DNA of 32,000 nucleotides from Megasphaera elsdenii DSM 20460 (GCF_003010495.1 NZ_CP027570.1:90001-122000); one strand, 5' to 3'. Counted from the stretch's first letter, positions 8,128 through 15,249 are shown. Made by a program: numbers and translations. Notes: generated from the sequence alone by a model not told the origin.

Positions 8128-8173
8128 AACCTCTCAGTCAGCTGCGCTGACAGCTCTCCTATTAGGAGAGCCT
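8128..8173 (+). repeat. 46-nt double-palindrome element (module P, copy 1).
   Basis: AACCTCTCAGTCAGCTGCGCTGACAGCTCTCCTATTAGGAGAGCCT contains two hairpins (GTCAGC-TGC-GCTGAC and GCTCTCCT-ATT-AGGAGAGC). Its reverse complement recurs at 10891..10936 with a 45/46 match. Confidence 0.85.
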
Positions 8174-8220
8174 GTGTCACGCATTATTTAAGATTTTTAA
8201 CAATTATTCAAAATATTTTA

Positions 8221-8249
8221 TTGATTTTTAGTTTATAAAGTTATATAAT
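8221..8249 (+). promoter_or_regulatory. Sigma-70-type promoter: -35 TTGATT, 17-nt spacer, -10 TATAAT.
   Basis: TTGATT at 8221..8226 and TATAAT at 8244..8249, with exactly 17 nt between them, in an AT-rich tract. Confidence 0.5.
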
Positions 8250-8274
8250 ATAAGTACAAGCAGAACAGTAAGAC

Positions 8275-8323
8275 AGAAGATGCAACGCAGCACTTATTTC
8301 GCCGTTGCATCTTTTGTTGTTTT
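8275..8323 (+). terminator. Rho-independent terminator-like hairpin plus T-tract.
   Basis: The stem AGATGCAACG (8278..8287) pairs with CGTTGCATCT (8303..8312) around a 15-nt loop. It is followed by TTTTGTTGTTTT. Confidence 0.6.
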
Positions 8324-8349
8324 CAGACTCAAAAAAGGGGGCAGTGCTT

Positions 8350-8532
8350 ATGTTAATCTACGGACTGGAACAAGCCCTGATGGTGACCCATGGATATGAA
8401 GTGGAATTTAATCAGAAAAAAGAAACGGCCCACCTGGTACAGACGACCGATGGACCGATGAAGACGGAAAAAAGTCACTTGGAATACTTGATGGATAAGT
8501 TGATGAAATTCAAATACAGCTATCGCAGATAG
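8350..8532 (+). CDS. Small hypothetical protein (60 aa).
   Basis: The ATG at 8350 lies 8 nt after AAAAAAGGGGG. The peptide MLIYGLEQALMVTHGYEVEFNQKKETAHLVQTTDGPMKTEKSHLEYLMDKLMKFKYSYRR matches no family I recognise. The ORF is visibly more AT-rich than its neighbours, and its 3' end overlaps the convergent gene by 13 nt. Confidence 0.45.
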   Translation: MLIYGLEQALMVTHGYEVEFNQKKETAHLVQTTDGPMKTEKSHLEYLMDKLMKFKYSYRR

Positions 8533-9734
8533 GTCTGGAACTGCTGGCGATTGGCCTGGATGCGGGGATTGGCGGAGTTGATCTGGCCGGCCCGTTCCAG
8601 CCAGGATCCGGCTTTGTCTGCGTTCCCCTTACGGAGGTAGAGGACGGCCATGGCATTGGCCGCATCCGCCGACTGGGGCGAAAAGCGCAGGATTTCCTGG
8701 AAGGACTGCCGGGCCTTATCGTCCTGCTTCAATTCCATGGCCACGAGGCCGCGGTTATACCAGGCCTGCAAATATTCGGGACGGCAGGCGACAGCCTGGT
8801 CGTAACTAGCGAGGGAAGCTTCGAGCTCCCCTCTTTTTTGTTGCGTCAAAGCCAGGTCATACCAGGCGGCGGGCGACGTCTTGTCCAAGGCCAGGGCACG
8901 GCGGAAGTCCCGTTCGGCCAGCCAGTAATCGTGGCGGTCGAAGAAGAGGATACCCCGGTAGAGATAGGCCTGGGCGTCGTCGGGATGGGCGAAGACCTCC
9001 TGGAAACCCGTGACCAGGTTATCGTGGGTTCCGTCCGGTGTCTGGGCTTCGGTCCACATCCAGAGGATTTCCTGGCCATAATGCTTGCCCGGCACGGCCC
9101 AGCGGCCGTTGAGGCCCGTCCAGGAATCGACCTTACCGTAGAGTTCGGGATGCTTTTCAGCCAAGAGTTCGTAGCGGGGATCGATGATGGCCGTCTTAGG
9201 CCGCTCCGTACTGGCATAGGCCAGGAGGTGCTGGATATGGGCCCGCACGCCGAGCTGGGGCGTAGCGAAGCGGGCGCCGGCCACCCGGTTCCCCGTCGCG
9301 CCGAGGCCGCAGAAATTGTTCTGGTCCGGCGATACGTCGCCGCCATAGGCAAAGTAGCCCGTCTCCTTCAGGGCCTGGCAAAGGGCCACGTCGGGCCGGA
9401 TGCCTTCGCGGCCGGCTTCGTCATAATAGGCCTGGACGACGTCTTCCAGGGGCGCGTTCAGTTTGGGGTGAGGATTGCGCTGACGGATGAAATGGACCAT
9501 CTGGCGGGCCGGTATCGTTGCCGGTCCCAGGATAGTATCGGCCCCTTGGGCGACGTCGAGCATGGGCCGGCCATAGGGCCGGGCCAGCTGCCAGTCTGCC
9601 TGCTTCAGGGCCCGGGTATCGGCGCGCAGGGCCTCTCCGGCGGCCTGGACCGGAGCCGGCACGAGGCCCGGCAGCAGGCAGAGGCTGGCCACCAGGGCTG
9701 CCGCAACGAGGCCTTTTCCCTTCTTATAAGGCAT
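8520..9734 (-). CDS. Secreted peptidoglycan hydrolase: N-acetylglucosaminidase (FlgJ/LytD-type glucosaminidase domain) with C-terminal TPR repeats.
   Basis: Signal peptide MPYKKGKGLVAAALVASLCLLPGLVPAPVQA. The glucosaminidase-like core includes CQALKETGYFAYGGDV..NNFCGLGATG. The C-terminal half has TPR-like repeats (AYLYRGILFFDRHDYWLAERDFRRALALD..., AWYNRGLVAMELKQDDKARQSFQEIL). Confidence 0.8.
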   Translation of the reverse strand: MPYKKGKGLVAAALVASLCLLPGLVPAPVQAAGEALRADTRALKQADWQLARPYGRPMLDVAQGADTILGPATIPARQMVHFIRQRNPHPKLNAPLEDVVQAYYDEAGREGIRPDVALCQALKETGYFAYGGDVSPDQNNFCGLGATGNRVAGARFATPQLGVRAHIQHLLAYASTERPKTAIIDPRYELLAEKHPELYGKVDSWTGLNGRWAVPGKHYGQEILWMWTEAQTPDGTHDNLVTGFQEVFAHPDDAQAYLYRGILFFDRHDYWLAERDFRRALALDKTSPAAWYDLALTQQKRGELEASLASYDQAVACRPEYLQAWYNRGLVAMELKQDDKARQSFQEILRFSPQSADAANAMAVLYLRKGNADKAGSWLERAGQINSANPRIQANRQQFQTYLR

Positions 9735-10125
9735 GGTACGTCCCCTGCTTCCGCTTTTCTTCGGTCATCCTGGAAATATAGGTCCCGTGGACCAGGGGAT
9801 AGCCTTTGCGTTCGATGATCTGGGCCATATAGTTGCGGAAGGGACACGGCGGCCGATGGTAGCTGTCGGACACGATGCACGACGCAAAATGGATGGTCAC
9901 ATTTTCCTTGGCATCGCCGTATTTCTTCAACTTCTTGGCCAGGTTCTCCAGCTTGGCCGACAGCCCGGCTCCGCAGCAGCAGCCGCAGGTCATCATGAGG
10001 AAGCGCGTATCCGGCGGATAATCGGCAAAGGTGTCCTTTCGGTTGACAAAGGTATTCATGCAGGCATAGCCGCTGCAGCGCTTGGTGACGATGTCGCACT
10101 GGATGACGACGACGAGTTTCGACAT
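9724..10125 (-). CDS. CGGC-domain cysteine-rich protein.
   Basis: 133 aa with the pattern VVIQCD..KRCSGYACM...MMTCGCCCG...FASCIV...PPCPF, typical of the CGGC domain family. An AAGGAGGG SD is present. Its stop overlaps the start of the next gene by 11 nt. Confidence 0.7.
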   Translation of the reverse strand: MSKLVVVIQCDIVTKRCSGYACMNTFVNRKDTFADYPPDTRFLMMTCGCCCGAGLSAKLENLAKKLKKYGDAKENVTIHFASCIVSDSYHRPPCPFRNYMAQIIERKGYPLVHGTYISRMTEEKRKQGTYHAL

Positions 10126-10138
10126 AAAGGTCCCTCCT

Positions 10139-10816
10139 TTAATTATATAAGTATTTATTCAAGAACCGCTGCGTCCAGTCCGCGTCGATGCGGGCCAGGA
10201 CGGCGTCTTCTGCCGGCAGGTCGTCGGCAAAGTGCTGCTGGAACTGCCCGTAGAGCTGGGCCAGGCCATTATTAAAGTCCACATAGGCCTGCTGGCCACT
10301 TTTTTCATCGACCAGGGACAGGCGCAGGGACCCGTCTTTAGCCGTGACGAAATGGCTTTCCGTGACGGTGAAGTCCTTTTCCTTTTCCCCGACCTGGGCC
10401 AGGGCCGCTGCCTTGGTCAGTTCCATCAGGCGGTCGTCGAGGCCGGCTTCAAAGATGGCGATTTTTTCCAGCAAATCGGCTTTCGTCCGAACCAGGCGCA
10501 TGACATACCCCGCCGTGTCCACCATGGCCTTGAACTGGGCCTGGCCGTCGGCCATATCGCGGTCGGCGTTTTCCTGGTCCTTGGCGGTCGGCGCGTAGAA
10601 GACCATGAAATGGTGGTCCATGTCGTGATATAAAAAGCCGTAATCGACGTGGACGTCCGTCCCGCAGTGCGGGCAGTGATAGCAGAAAACCTCCTGCGAC
10701 TTGACGCGGTCCTTCATATCCGGATCCAATTTCGTATTGATACTGTCCCATACGGTAAAGATACCGGCCTTCTGGCATTTCGGACAGGTAATGCCTACTT
10801 CATGATGCATACTCAT
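10139..10816 (-). CDS. CpXC-domain protein (zinc-ribbon-like N-terminus, function unknown).
   Basis: ITCPKCQK...YHCPHCGT gives two CPxC motifs at the N-terminus. The start is trimmed to ATG 10814..10816, which has an AAAGGGG SD. The longer track ORF reads through the repeat elements. Confidence 0.7.
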   Translation of the reverse strand: MSMHHEVGITCPKCQKAGIFTVWDSINTKLDPDMKDRVKSQEVFCYHCPHCGTDVHVDYGFLYHDMDHHFMVFYAPTAKDQENADRDMADGQAQFKAMVDTAGYVMRLVRTKADLLEKIAIFEAGLDDRLMELTKAAALAQVGEKEKDFTVTESHFVTAKDGSLRLSLVDEKSGQQAYVDFNNGLAQLYGQFQQHFADDLPAEDAVLARIDADWTQRFLNKYLYN

Positions 10817-10841
10817 GGCAGTGCCCCTTTCGTTTTTTCCT

Positions 10842-10850
10842 ATTATACCA
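10842..10850 (-). promoter_or_regulatory. Candidate extended -10 promoter (TGGTATAAT) for the CpXC-CGGC-glucosaminidase operon.
   Basis: The minus strand reads ...GAAATCTATGGTATAATAGGAAAAAACGAAAGGGGCACTGCCATG. The region from the -35 position upstream is occupied by the heptamer array. Confidence 0.4.
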
Positions 10851-10858
10851 TAGATTTC

Positions 10859-10886
10859 GTGGCTCGTGGCTAGTGGCTCGTGGCTC
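10859..10886 (+). repeat. Tandem heptamer array (module H, copy 2): GTGGCTC GTGGCTA GTGGCTC GTGGCTC.
   Basis: Read directly. It has the same orientation and unit as 4564..4591. Confidence 0.85.
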
Positions 10887-10890
10887 GCAA

Positions 10891-10936
10891 AGGCTCTCCT
10901 GATAGGAGAGCTGTCAGCGCAGCTGACTGAGAGGTT
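10891..10936 (-). repeat. 46-nt double-palindrome element (module P, copy 2), inverted relative to 8128..8173.
   Basis: The reverse complement, AACCTCTCAGTCAGCTGCGCTGACAGCTCTCCTATCAGGAGAGCCT, differs from copy 1 at a single loop position. Confidence 0.85.
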
Positions 10937-11037
10937 TCCCCAATCATGGCAGAAGCCTTCATGCAACAGCCCTTGTCGGCTGACATCTCTCTGCAAATAT
11001 GATATATTAGAATCATCGATTCAAAGGAGGGATGCTC

Positions 11038-11904
11038 ATGAAAAACGCGTACATCAAATTCATCCTGGCTGCTGTCATTTTCGGCACGAACGGCATCATT
11101 GCCAGCCAACTTCCCCTGTCGAGTTACGAAATCGTCCTGACCCGTACGGTCCTGGGCGGGTTATTCCTGCTTCTCCTGGCGACGGCCCGCCATGAATGGG
11201 GTAGCCTGCGCCACGTGACCCGGGCCTCCCTGGGCTGGCTGGTCCTGTCGGGCCTCTTCCTGGCCGGGAACTGGCTCTTCCTCTATGAAGCGTATCAGCA
11301 GATTGGCGTCAGCCTGGCCACCCTCATGTGCTACTGCGGTCCCATCCTGATCATGATCCTGTCGTACTTCGTCTTCCATGAACCCTTCACGGTCCCCAAG
11401 GTAAGTGCCATGGTCATCGTCACCATCGGCATCGTCTGTATCAACGGCGCCGACGTCCAGGCTCACGGCCTGTCGTGGGGCCTGGTCTGCGGTTTCCTGA
11501 GCGCCCTTTGCTTCGCCCTGCTCATCATCGCCATGAAAAAGGTCAGCGGCATCGGCGGCATCCTGTCCCCGGCGTGCCAGCTCCTGGTCGCAGCCGTCGT
11601 CGTCTCGGCCGTCACCCTGTCCATGCCGTCGGCACCGGTCAGCCTGAATATGAGCCACATCGCCTGCATGATCTGCCTGGGCGTCGTCAACACGGGCCTC
11701 GGCTACTACCTCTATTTCTCCGGCGTCCAGCGCCTGTCGGCCCAGAGCGTCTCCATCTGCGGCTATCTGGAACCCTTCACGGCCCTGGCCCTGTCAGCCC
11801 TCATCCTCAGGGAAAACCTGACGTCCCTGCAATGGCTGGGAGCGGCCTGCATCCTCGGTGGCGTCGCTCTCAGCGAACTCTGGCATCCCGGAAAAAAGGG
11901 ATAA
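11038..11904 (+). CDS. EamA/DMT-family transporter.
   Basis: About 288 aa and about 10 TM segments, with two EamA-like halves. The ATG at 11038 lies 8 nt after AGGAGG, whereas the track start at 11032 is too close to the SD. Confidence 0.8.
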   Translation: MKNAYIKFILAAVIFGTNGIIASQLPLSSYEIVLTRTVLGGLFLLLLATARHEWGSLRHVTRASLGWLVLSGLFLAGNWLFLYEAYQQIGVSLATLMCYCGPILIMILSYFVFHEPFTVPKVSAMVIVTIGIVCINGADVQAHGLSWGLVCGFLSALCFALLIIAMKKVSGIGGILSPACQLLVAAVVVSAVTLSMPSAPVSLNMSHIACMICLGVVNTGLGYYLYFSGVQRLSAQSVSICGYLEPFTALALSALILRENLTSLQWLGAACILGGVALSELWHPGKKG

Positions 11905-12729
11905 AAACTTCTGCAATTCTTCGGTCATGCTGTCCGGCCGATAAGCCAGGACGGCATATTCGGTAAAGTCATCGTCCAAGGAGATGACGCTCAGGCCGGG
12001 ATAGACATCGCCTTCGGGCATGGGCAGGATGGCAAAGCCCTGGGACAGGCTGAGCAGCAGGAACTGTTCGGACAAACTATAGCACAGGCGGGATTCCTCA
12101 AAGGGCTGGCCGAAGACCTGGCCGCACGTCCGGCGCATCTTGACGACATAGTCCTGGCTGTTGGACTTGGTCAGGAAGGGCAGATGGGCGATGACTGCCC
12201 CCACCGTCCGATACTGGTCCAGCAAAGCCTGGGAGCAGATGAAGGACTGGCGGATGGCGAACAGGCGCTGGCATGTAAAAGGCAGGTCCATGGCCTGGGC
12301 ATCGGAAAAGAGGAAGCCATCCAGGGCCCCGTTCCCCAGGCTTTCTCCCAAGGCCTCTATGTCATGGAAACTGAAATACATCTTACATTCGGGAAAATCT
12401 TCTTCAAAGCGGCGCAGCCATCGGGCTTCGATGTATTCCTGCATGGCAATGCCCAGGTAGAGGCCCTTCCGCTGTTTCAGCCGCAGCGAGCCGCGCAGGT
12501 CCTGGTATTCCTGACAGATTTTTTTCATGCCTTCATAGAAGCGCCGCCCTTCTGCCGTCAGCGAGACGCCGCGGTGTTCCCGGCAAAAGAGACGGCAGCC
12601 CAGTTCTTTTTCCAGCTGGGAAATATATTTCGTCATCGTCGTCTGGGCGATGTGACACTTCCGGGCGGCTTCGGTGAAATTGTTCAGCCGTGCCGCTTCC
12701 AGGAAGTATTGTATCTTCGCAAGGTCCAT
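11794..12729 (-). CDS. LysR-family transcriptional regulator.
   Basis: N-terminal HTH MDLAKIQYFLEAARLNNFTEAARKCHIAQTTMTKYISQLEKELGCRLFCR. The ATG at 12727..12729 is preceded by TAGGAG. It is divergent from the AEC transporter. Confidence 0.85.
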   Translation of the reverse strand: MDLAKIQYFLEAARLNNFTEAARKCHIAQTTMTKYISQLEKELGCRLFCREHRGVSLTAEGRRFYEGMKKICQEYQDLRGSLRLKQRKGLYLGIAMQEYIEARWLRRFEEDFPECKMYFSFHDIEALGESLGNGALDGFLFSDAQAMDLPFTCQRLFAIRQSFICSQALLDQYRTVGAVIAHLPFLTKSNSQDYVVKMRRTCGQVFGQPFEESRLCYSLSEQFLLLSLSQGFAILPMPEGDVYPGLSVISLDDDFTEYAVLAYRPDSMTEELQKFLSLFSGMPEFAESDATEDAGRSQPLQGRQVFPEDEG

Positions 12730-12783
12730 GATATCGCTCCTATCCATCACTTTTTTTCATGTCAATGGCCAAAGGTTTCATTA

Positions 12784-12796
12784 GTCAGACCCTGAC
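12784..12796. promoter_or_regulatory. Dyad GTCAG-N3-CTGAC in the LysR/AEC divergent intergenic region, a candidate LysR-type operator.
   Basis: Perfect 5-bp arms read directly. It sits just upstream of a TGATAAAAT extended -10-like sequence for the + strand gene. Confidence 0.3.
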
Positions 12797-12838
12797 AAGC
12801 ATGATAAAATAAGGGCGTTTTAGAAAGGAGTCCGGCTA

Positions 12839-13774
12839 ATGAGCTATTTTTCCATTGTCTTATCGCAAATCATCGGTTTCGTCATCTATCTCCTCATCGG
12901 CATGGTTGCCGTGCGTATGCACGTCCTGGACAGCCGTTCCCTTGGCGTGTTCTCGCAATTCATCACCAAGGTCTCCATGCCCCTGCTCTTGTTCACCAAT
13001 ACCCTCAACGGGGCAACGCGTCAGCAGTTCATCAGCGCCCTGCCGATCCTGGCCATTTCCCTGTTGATGTACTTCCTATTATACCTGCTCTGCCGCTTTT
13101 TGGCACGCCTCTTTGGCTTGAAAGGCAATGAAAATCACGTCTACCGGGCCTGCTCCATGTTCGGCAACATCGGCTTCATGGGTATTCCCATCATTGCAGC
13201 CCTCTTCCCGGAACAGGGTATGCTCTACATCGCCTTGTTCACGGTCATCGACCAGCTCCTGCTGTGGACGCTGGGTGTCAATCTGACGGCGCCGGTGGAC
13301 CAGGAAAATACCATGTCCGTCATCAGCCGCCTAATGAAGATGATCAATCCGGCGACAATCGCCATCATCCTGTCCATCCTGGGCCTCTTCATCGGACTCC
13401 ACCTGCCGGAACCCATCAATGCGGCCCTGACCAAAGCCGGACTCCTGACACCCCCCATGGCCCTGATTTACCTGGGCGGCCTGTTCTGCTACATCGACAT
13501 CCCCCAGTACATCCGAAAGAAAGAAATCTATGGCGCCGTCGCCGTCAAGATGTGCCTCTTCCCGCTCGTCTTCTATGAAATCTGCCGATTCCTGCAGGTC
13601 CCTCATGACATAACCCTCACCATGAGTATCCTGCCGGCCCTGCCCAGTATGGCCGTCATCGTCATGCTGGCCCAGAACCAGCACTCAGACAGCAATTACG
13701 CCGCCGGCATGCTCCTGGTCACGACACTCTGCTCCATCATCACCATCCCCCTGGTCTGCCTGGGATTGGGATGA
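12839..13774 (+). CDS. AEC (auxin efflux carrier) family permease.
   Basis: 311 aa polytopic protein with AEC-like N- and C-terminal halves. An AAAGGAG SD lies 8 nt upstream. Confidence 0.8.
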   Translation: MSYFSIVLSQIIGFVIYLLIGMVAVRMHVLDSRSLGVFSQFITKVSMPLLLFTNTLNGATRQQFISALPILAISLLMYFLLYLLCRFLARLFGLKGNENHVYRACSMFGNIGFMGIPIIAALFPEQGMLYIALFTVIDQLLLWTLGVNLTAPVDQENTMSVISRLMKMINPATIAIILSILGLFIGLHLPEPINAALTKAGLLTPPMALIYLGGLFCYIDIPQYIRKKEIYGAVAVKMCLFPLVFYEICRFLQVPHDITLTMSILPALPSMAVIVMLAQNQHSDSNYAAGMLLVTTLCSIITIPLVCLGLG

Positions 13775-13812
13775 AAAAAGGGATTGCCGCACATGCGACA
13801 ATCCCTTTTTTT
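13774..13812. terminator. Bidirectional intrinsic terminator.
   Basis: AAAAAAGGGATTGCCGCACATGCGACAATCCCTTTTTTT is a strong hairpin flanked by an A-tract and a T-tract, lying between convergent genes. Confidence 0.8.
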
Positions 13813-13826
13813 GTAATCCTTTATTC

Positions 13827-13854
13827 GTAGGGGCCGTCCCAAAGGGCGGCCCGC
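13827..13854 (+). repeat. GTAGGGG-hairpin REP-like element (module G, copy 2).
   Basis: GTAGGGGCCGTCCCAAAGGGCGGCCCGC has a stem with one bulge and an AAA loop. Confidence 0.7.
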
Positions 13855-13864
13855 ATGAGAGCCA

Positions 13865-14806
13865 TTACCAATCCAATTTCCCTGTAATGAGGTAGACTAA
13901 CAATCCTTTTTCGGCGTGCCGTCTGTTTTCGGCTTCGTCGAGGATGGTTTCCAAGTGTTTTTCCATGACGTCCTGCGTGATTTCATAGCCCGGATGGATT
14001 GGCATATCGTGGAAGACCATGGTATCCGTGCCTTCCATGAGGGCAGCGTCGATCTGATAGGGCATCATCATGTTGATGATCTGGTTCTTCTTTTCGGCAT
14101 AGTCCGGGTTGGTGAAAAATTCCATGTCGACCCAGGTGTCGGTATAGACGCAGTCCACATCGGCGACGACTTTCTTCAGCTCTTCTTTGGAGATATCCGT
14201 CGGCAATTCCTTATAATGACCCGTCGCCGTCAGTTTGTCGTAGAAGTCGGCCGGTACATTGGTGACCTGGCTGAACGGTGTCAGGCCGTACATCATGCCG
14301 CCCATCTTGGTGACGATTTCGCTGAGCGAATTGTACGTATTGTTCTTAGCGCCGATGTAGAGGACCTTGGCTTCGAAATGGCCCGTCTTTTCGTAGAGCG
14401 TCAGCATGTCGGCCAGGGCCTGCGTCGGGTGGAACGTATTGTCGCAGCCGTTGATGACCGGGACGGTGGCGTTCTTCATGAAGCCTTCCGTCGTTTCGGC
14501 TTTCTTGAACCGGCCCATGATGCAGTCGACGTTGCGGCAGACGTATTTGACTTCGCTCATGAGGTCGCCGATGGTGAAATTGCTGTCCTTCCACAGCTGA
14601 TTATAGGCTTTGCCGCCTAATTCTTCCATGCCGATGGAAAAGGACAGGTACGTCCGGTTCGACGTCTTTTCAAAGAGCGTATACAATTTCTTGCCGTCCA
14701 GGATATGGCTGTAGTCATCCGGATGCTGTTTGATCTTTTCGGCCAGTAATAAAATGCCTTTCAATTCATCTGTTGTATAATCTACGAAGCTATTTGCATG
14801 TTTCAT
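13865..14806 (-). CDS. Carbamoyltransferase-fold protein (ATCase/OTCase superfamily) with non-canonical motifs. Its substrate is unknown.
   Basis: 313 aa, colinear with ornithine carbamoyltransferases. FHPTQALAD and ENRRH are conserved. However, STRTR is replaced by SNRTY, DxWxSMG by DTWVDME, and HCLP by HDMP. Confidence 0.7.
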   Translation of the reverse strand: MKHANSFVDYTTDELKGILLLAEKIKQHPDDYSHILDGKKLYTLFEKTSNRTYLSFSIGMEELGGKAYNQLWKDSNFTIGDLMSEVKYVCRNVDCIMGRFKKAETTEGFMKNATVPVINGCDNTFHPTQALADMLTLYEKTGHFEAKVLYIGAKNNTYNSLSEIVTKMGGMMYGLTPFSQVTNVPADFYDKLTATGHYKELPTDISKEELKKVVADVDCVYTDTWVDMEFFTNPDYAEKKNQIINMMMPYQIDAALMEGTDTMVFHDMPIHPGYEITQDVMEKHLETILDEAENRRHAEKGLLVYLITGKLDW

Positions 14807-14855
14807 GTATATCCATCCTCCAATAAGTTAAGACCAGAACTTGTTCGATGGATAT

Positions 14856-14884
14856 ATCATAGCACAGCCGTATGAATATTGCAA
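14856..14884 (-). promoter_or_regulatory. Candidate promoter for the carbamoyltransferase-like gene: -35 TTGCAA, 17 nt, -10 TATGAT.
   Basis: TTGCAA at 14879..14884 and TATGAT (reverse complement) at 14856..14861. Confidence 0.4.
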
Positions 14885-14929
14885 GTATTTATGCAAACTT
14901 TTTCGTGTTTTTATACAGCTATAGAGGGC

Positions 14930-14975
14930 AAAAAAAAGGGCCGCACAGGCTGGCCGAAGCCGTCCCGTGAGCCCC
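14930..14975 (-). terminator. Intrinsic terminator downstream of the cold-shock gene.
   Basis: The minus strand reads GGGGCTCACGGGACGGCTTCGGCCAGCCTGTGCGGCCC followed by TTTTTTTT. The stem is imperfect and GC-rich. Confidence 0.6.
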
Positions 14976-15000
14976 TTAAAAGGTCTATTTTACTTTCCGA

Positions 15001-15198
15001 TTAGCATTTAACTACGTTAGCTGCCTGCGGTCCGCGCGCACCTTCAACGATGTCGAATTCAACTTCCTGACCTTCGGTCAAGGATTTGAAGCCATCTTCC
15101 TGGATAGCGGAGAAGTGAACGAAAACGTCGCCGCCATCTTCTCTTTCGATGAAGCCATAACCTTTTTCTGCGCTAAACCATTTTACTTTACCGTGCAT
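15001..15198 (-). CDS. Cold-shock protein (CspA family, CSD).
   Basis: 65 aa, [15 protein letters not shown]...VFVHFSAI, containing the RNP1 and RNP2 motifs. A TAGGAGG SD is present. Confidence 0.95.
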   Translation of the reverse strand: MHGKVKWFSAEKGYGFIEREDGGDVFVHFSAIQEDGFKSLTEGQEVEFDIVEGARGPQAANVVKC

Positions 15199-15249
15199 AA
15201 CAAAATCCTCCTAAAAAAACAATTCCAGCTATCTTGTAGCTCTTCCGTT

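Noticed and set aside
8305-8349. A TTG-initiated extension of the small ORF, giving the 75-aa version.
   Set aside because: The extension starts inside the 3' arm of the terminator hairpin and has no SD. The internal ATG at 8350 has a strong SD at ideal spacing.
10817-10996. An N-terminal extension of the CpXC ORF. The track ORF starts at 10996.
   Set aside because: The extension reads straight through the heptamer array and the double-palindrome repeat, producing ATSHEPLATSHE-type translation. A strong SD and ATG are present at 10816.
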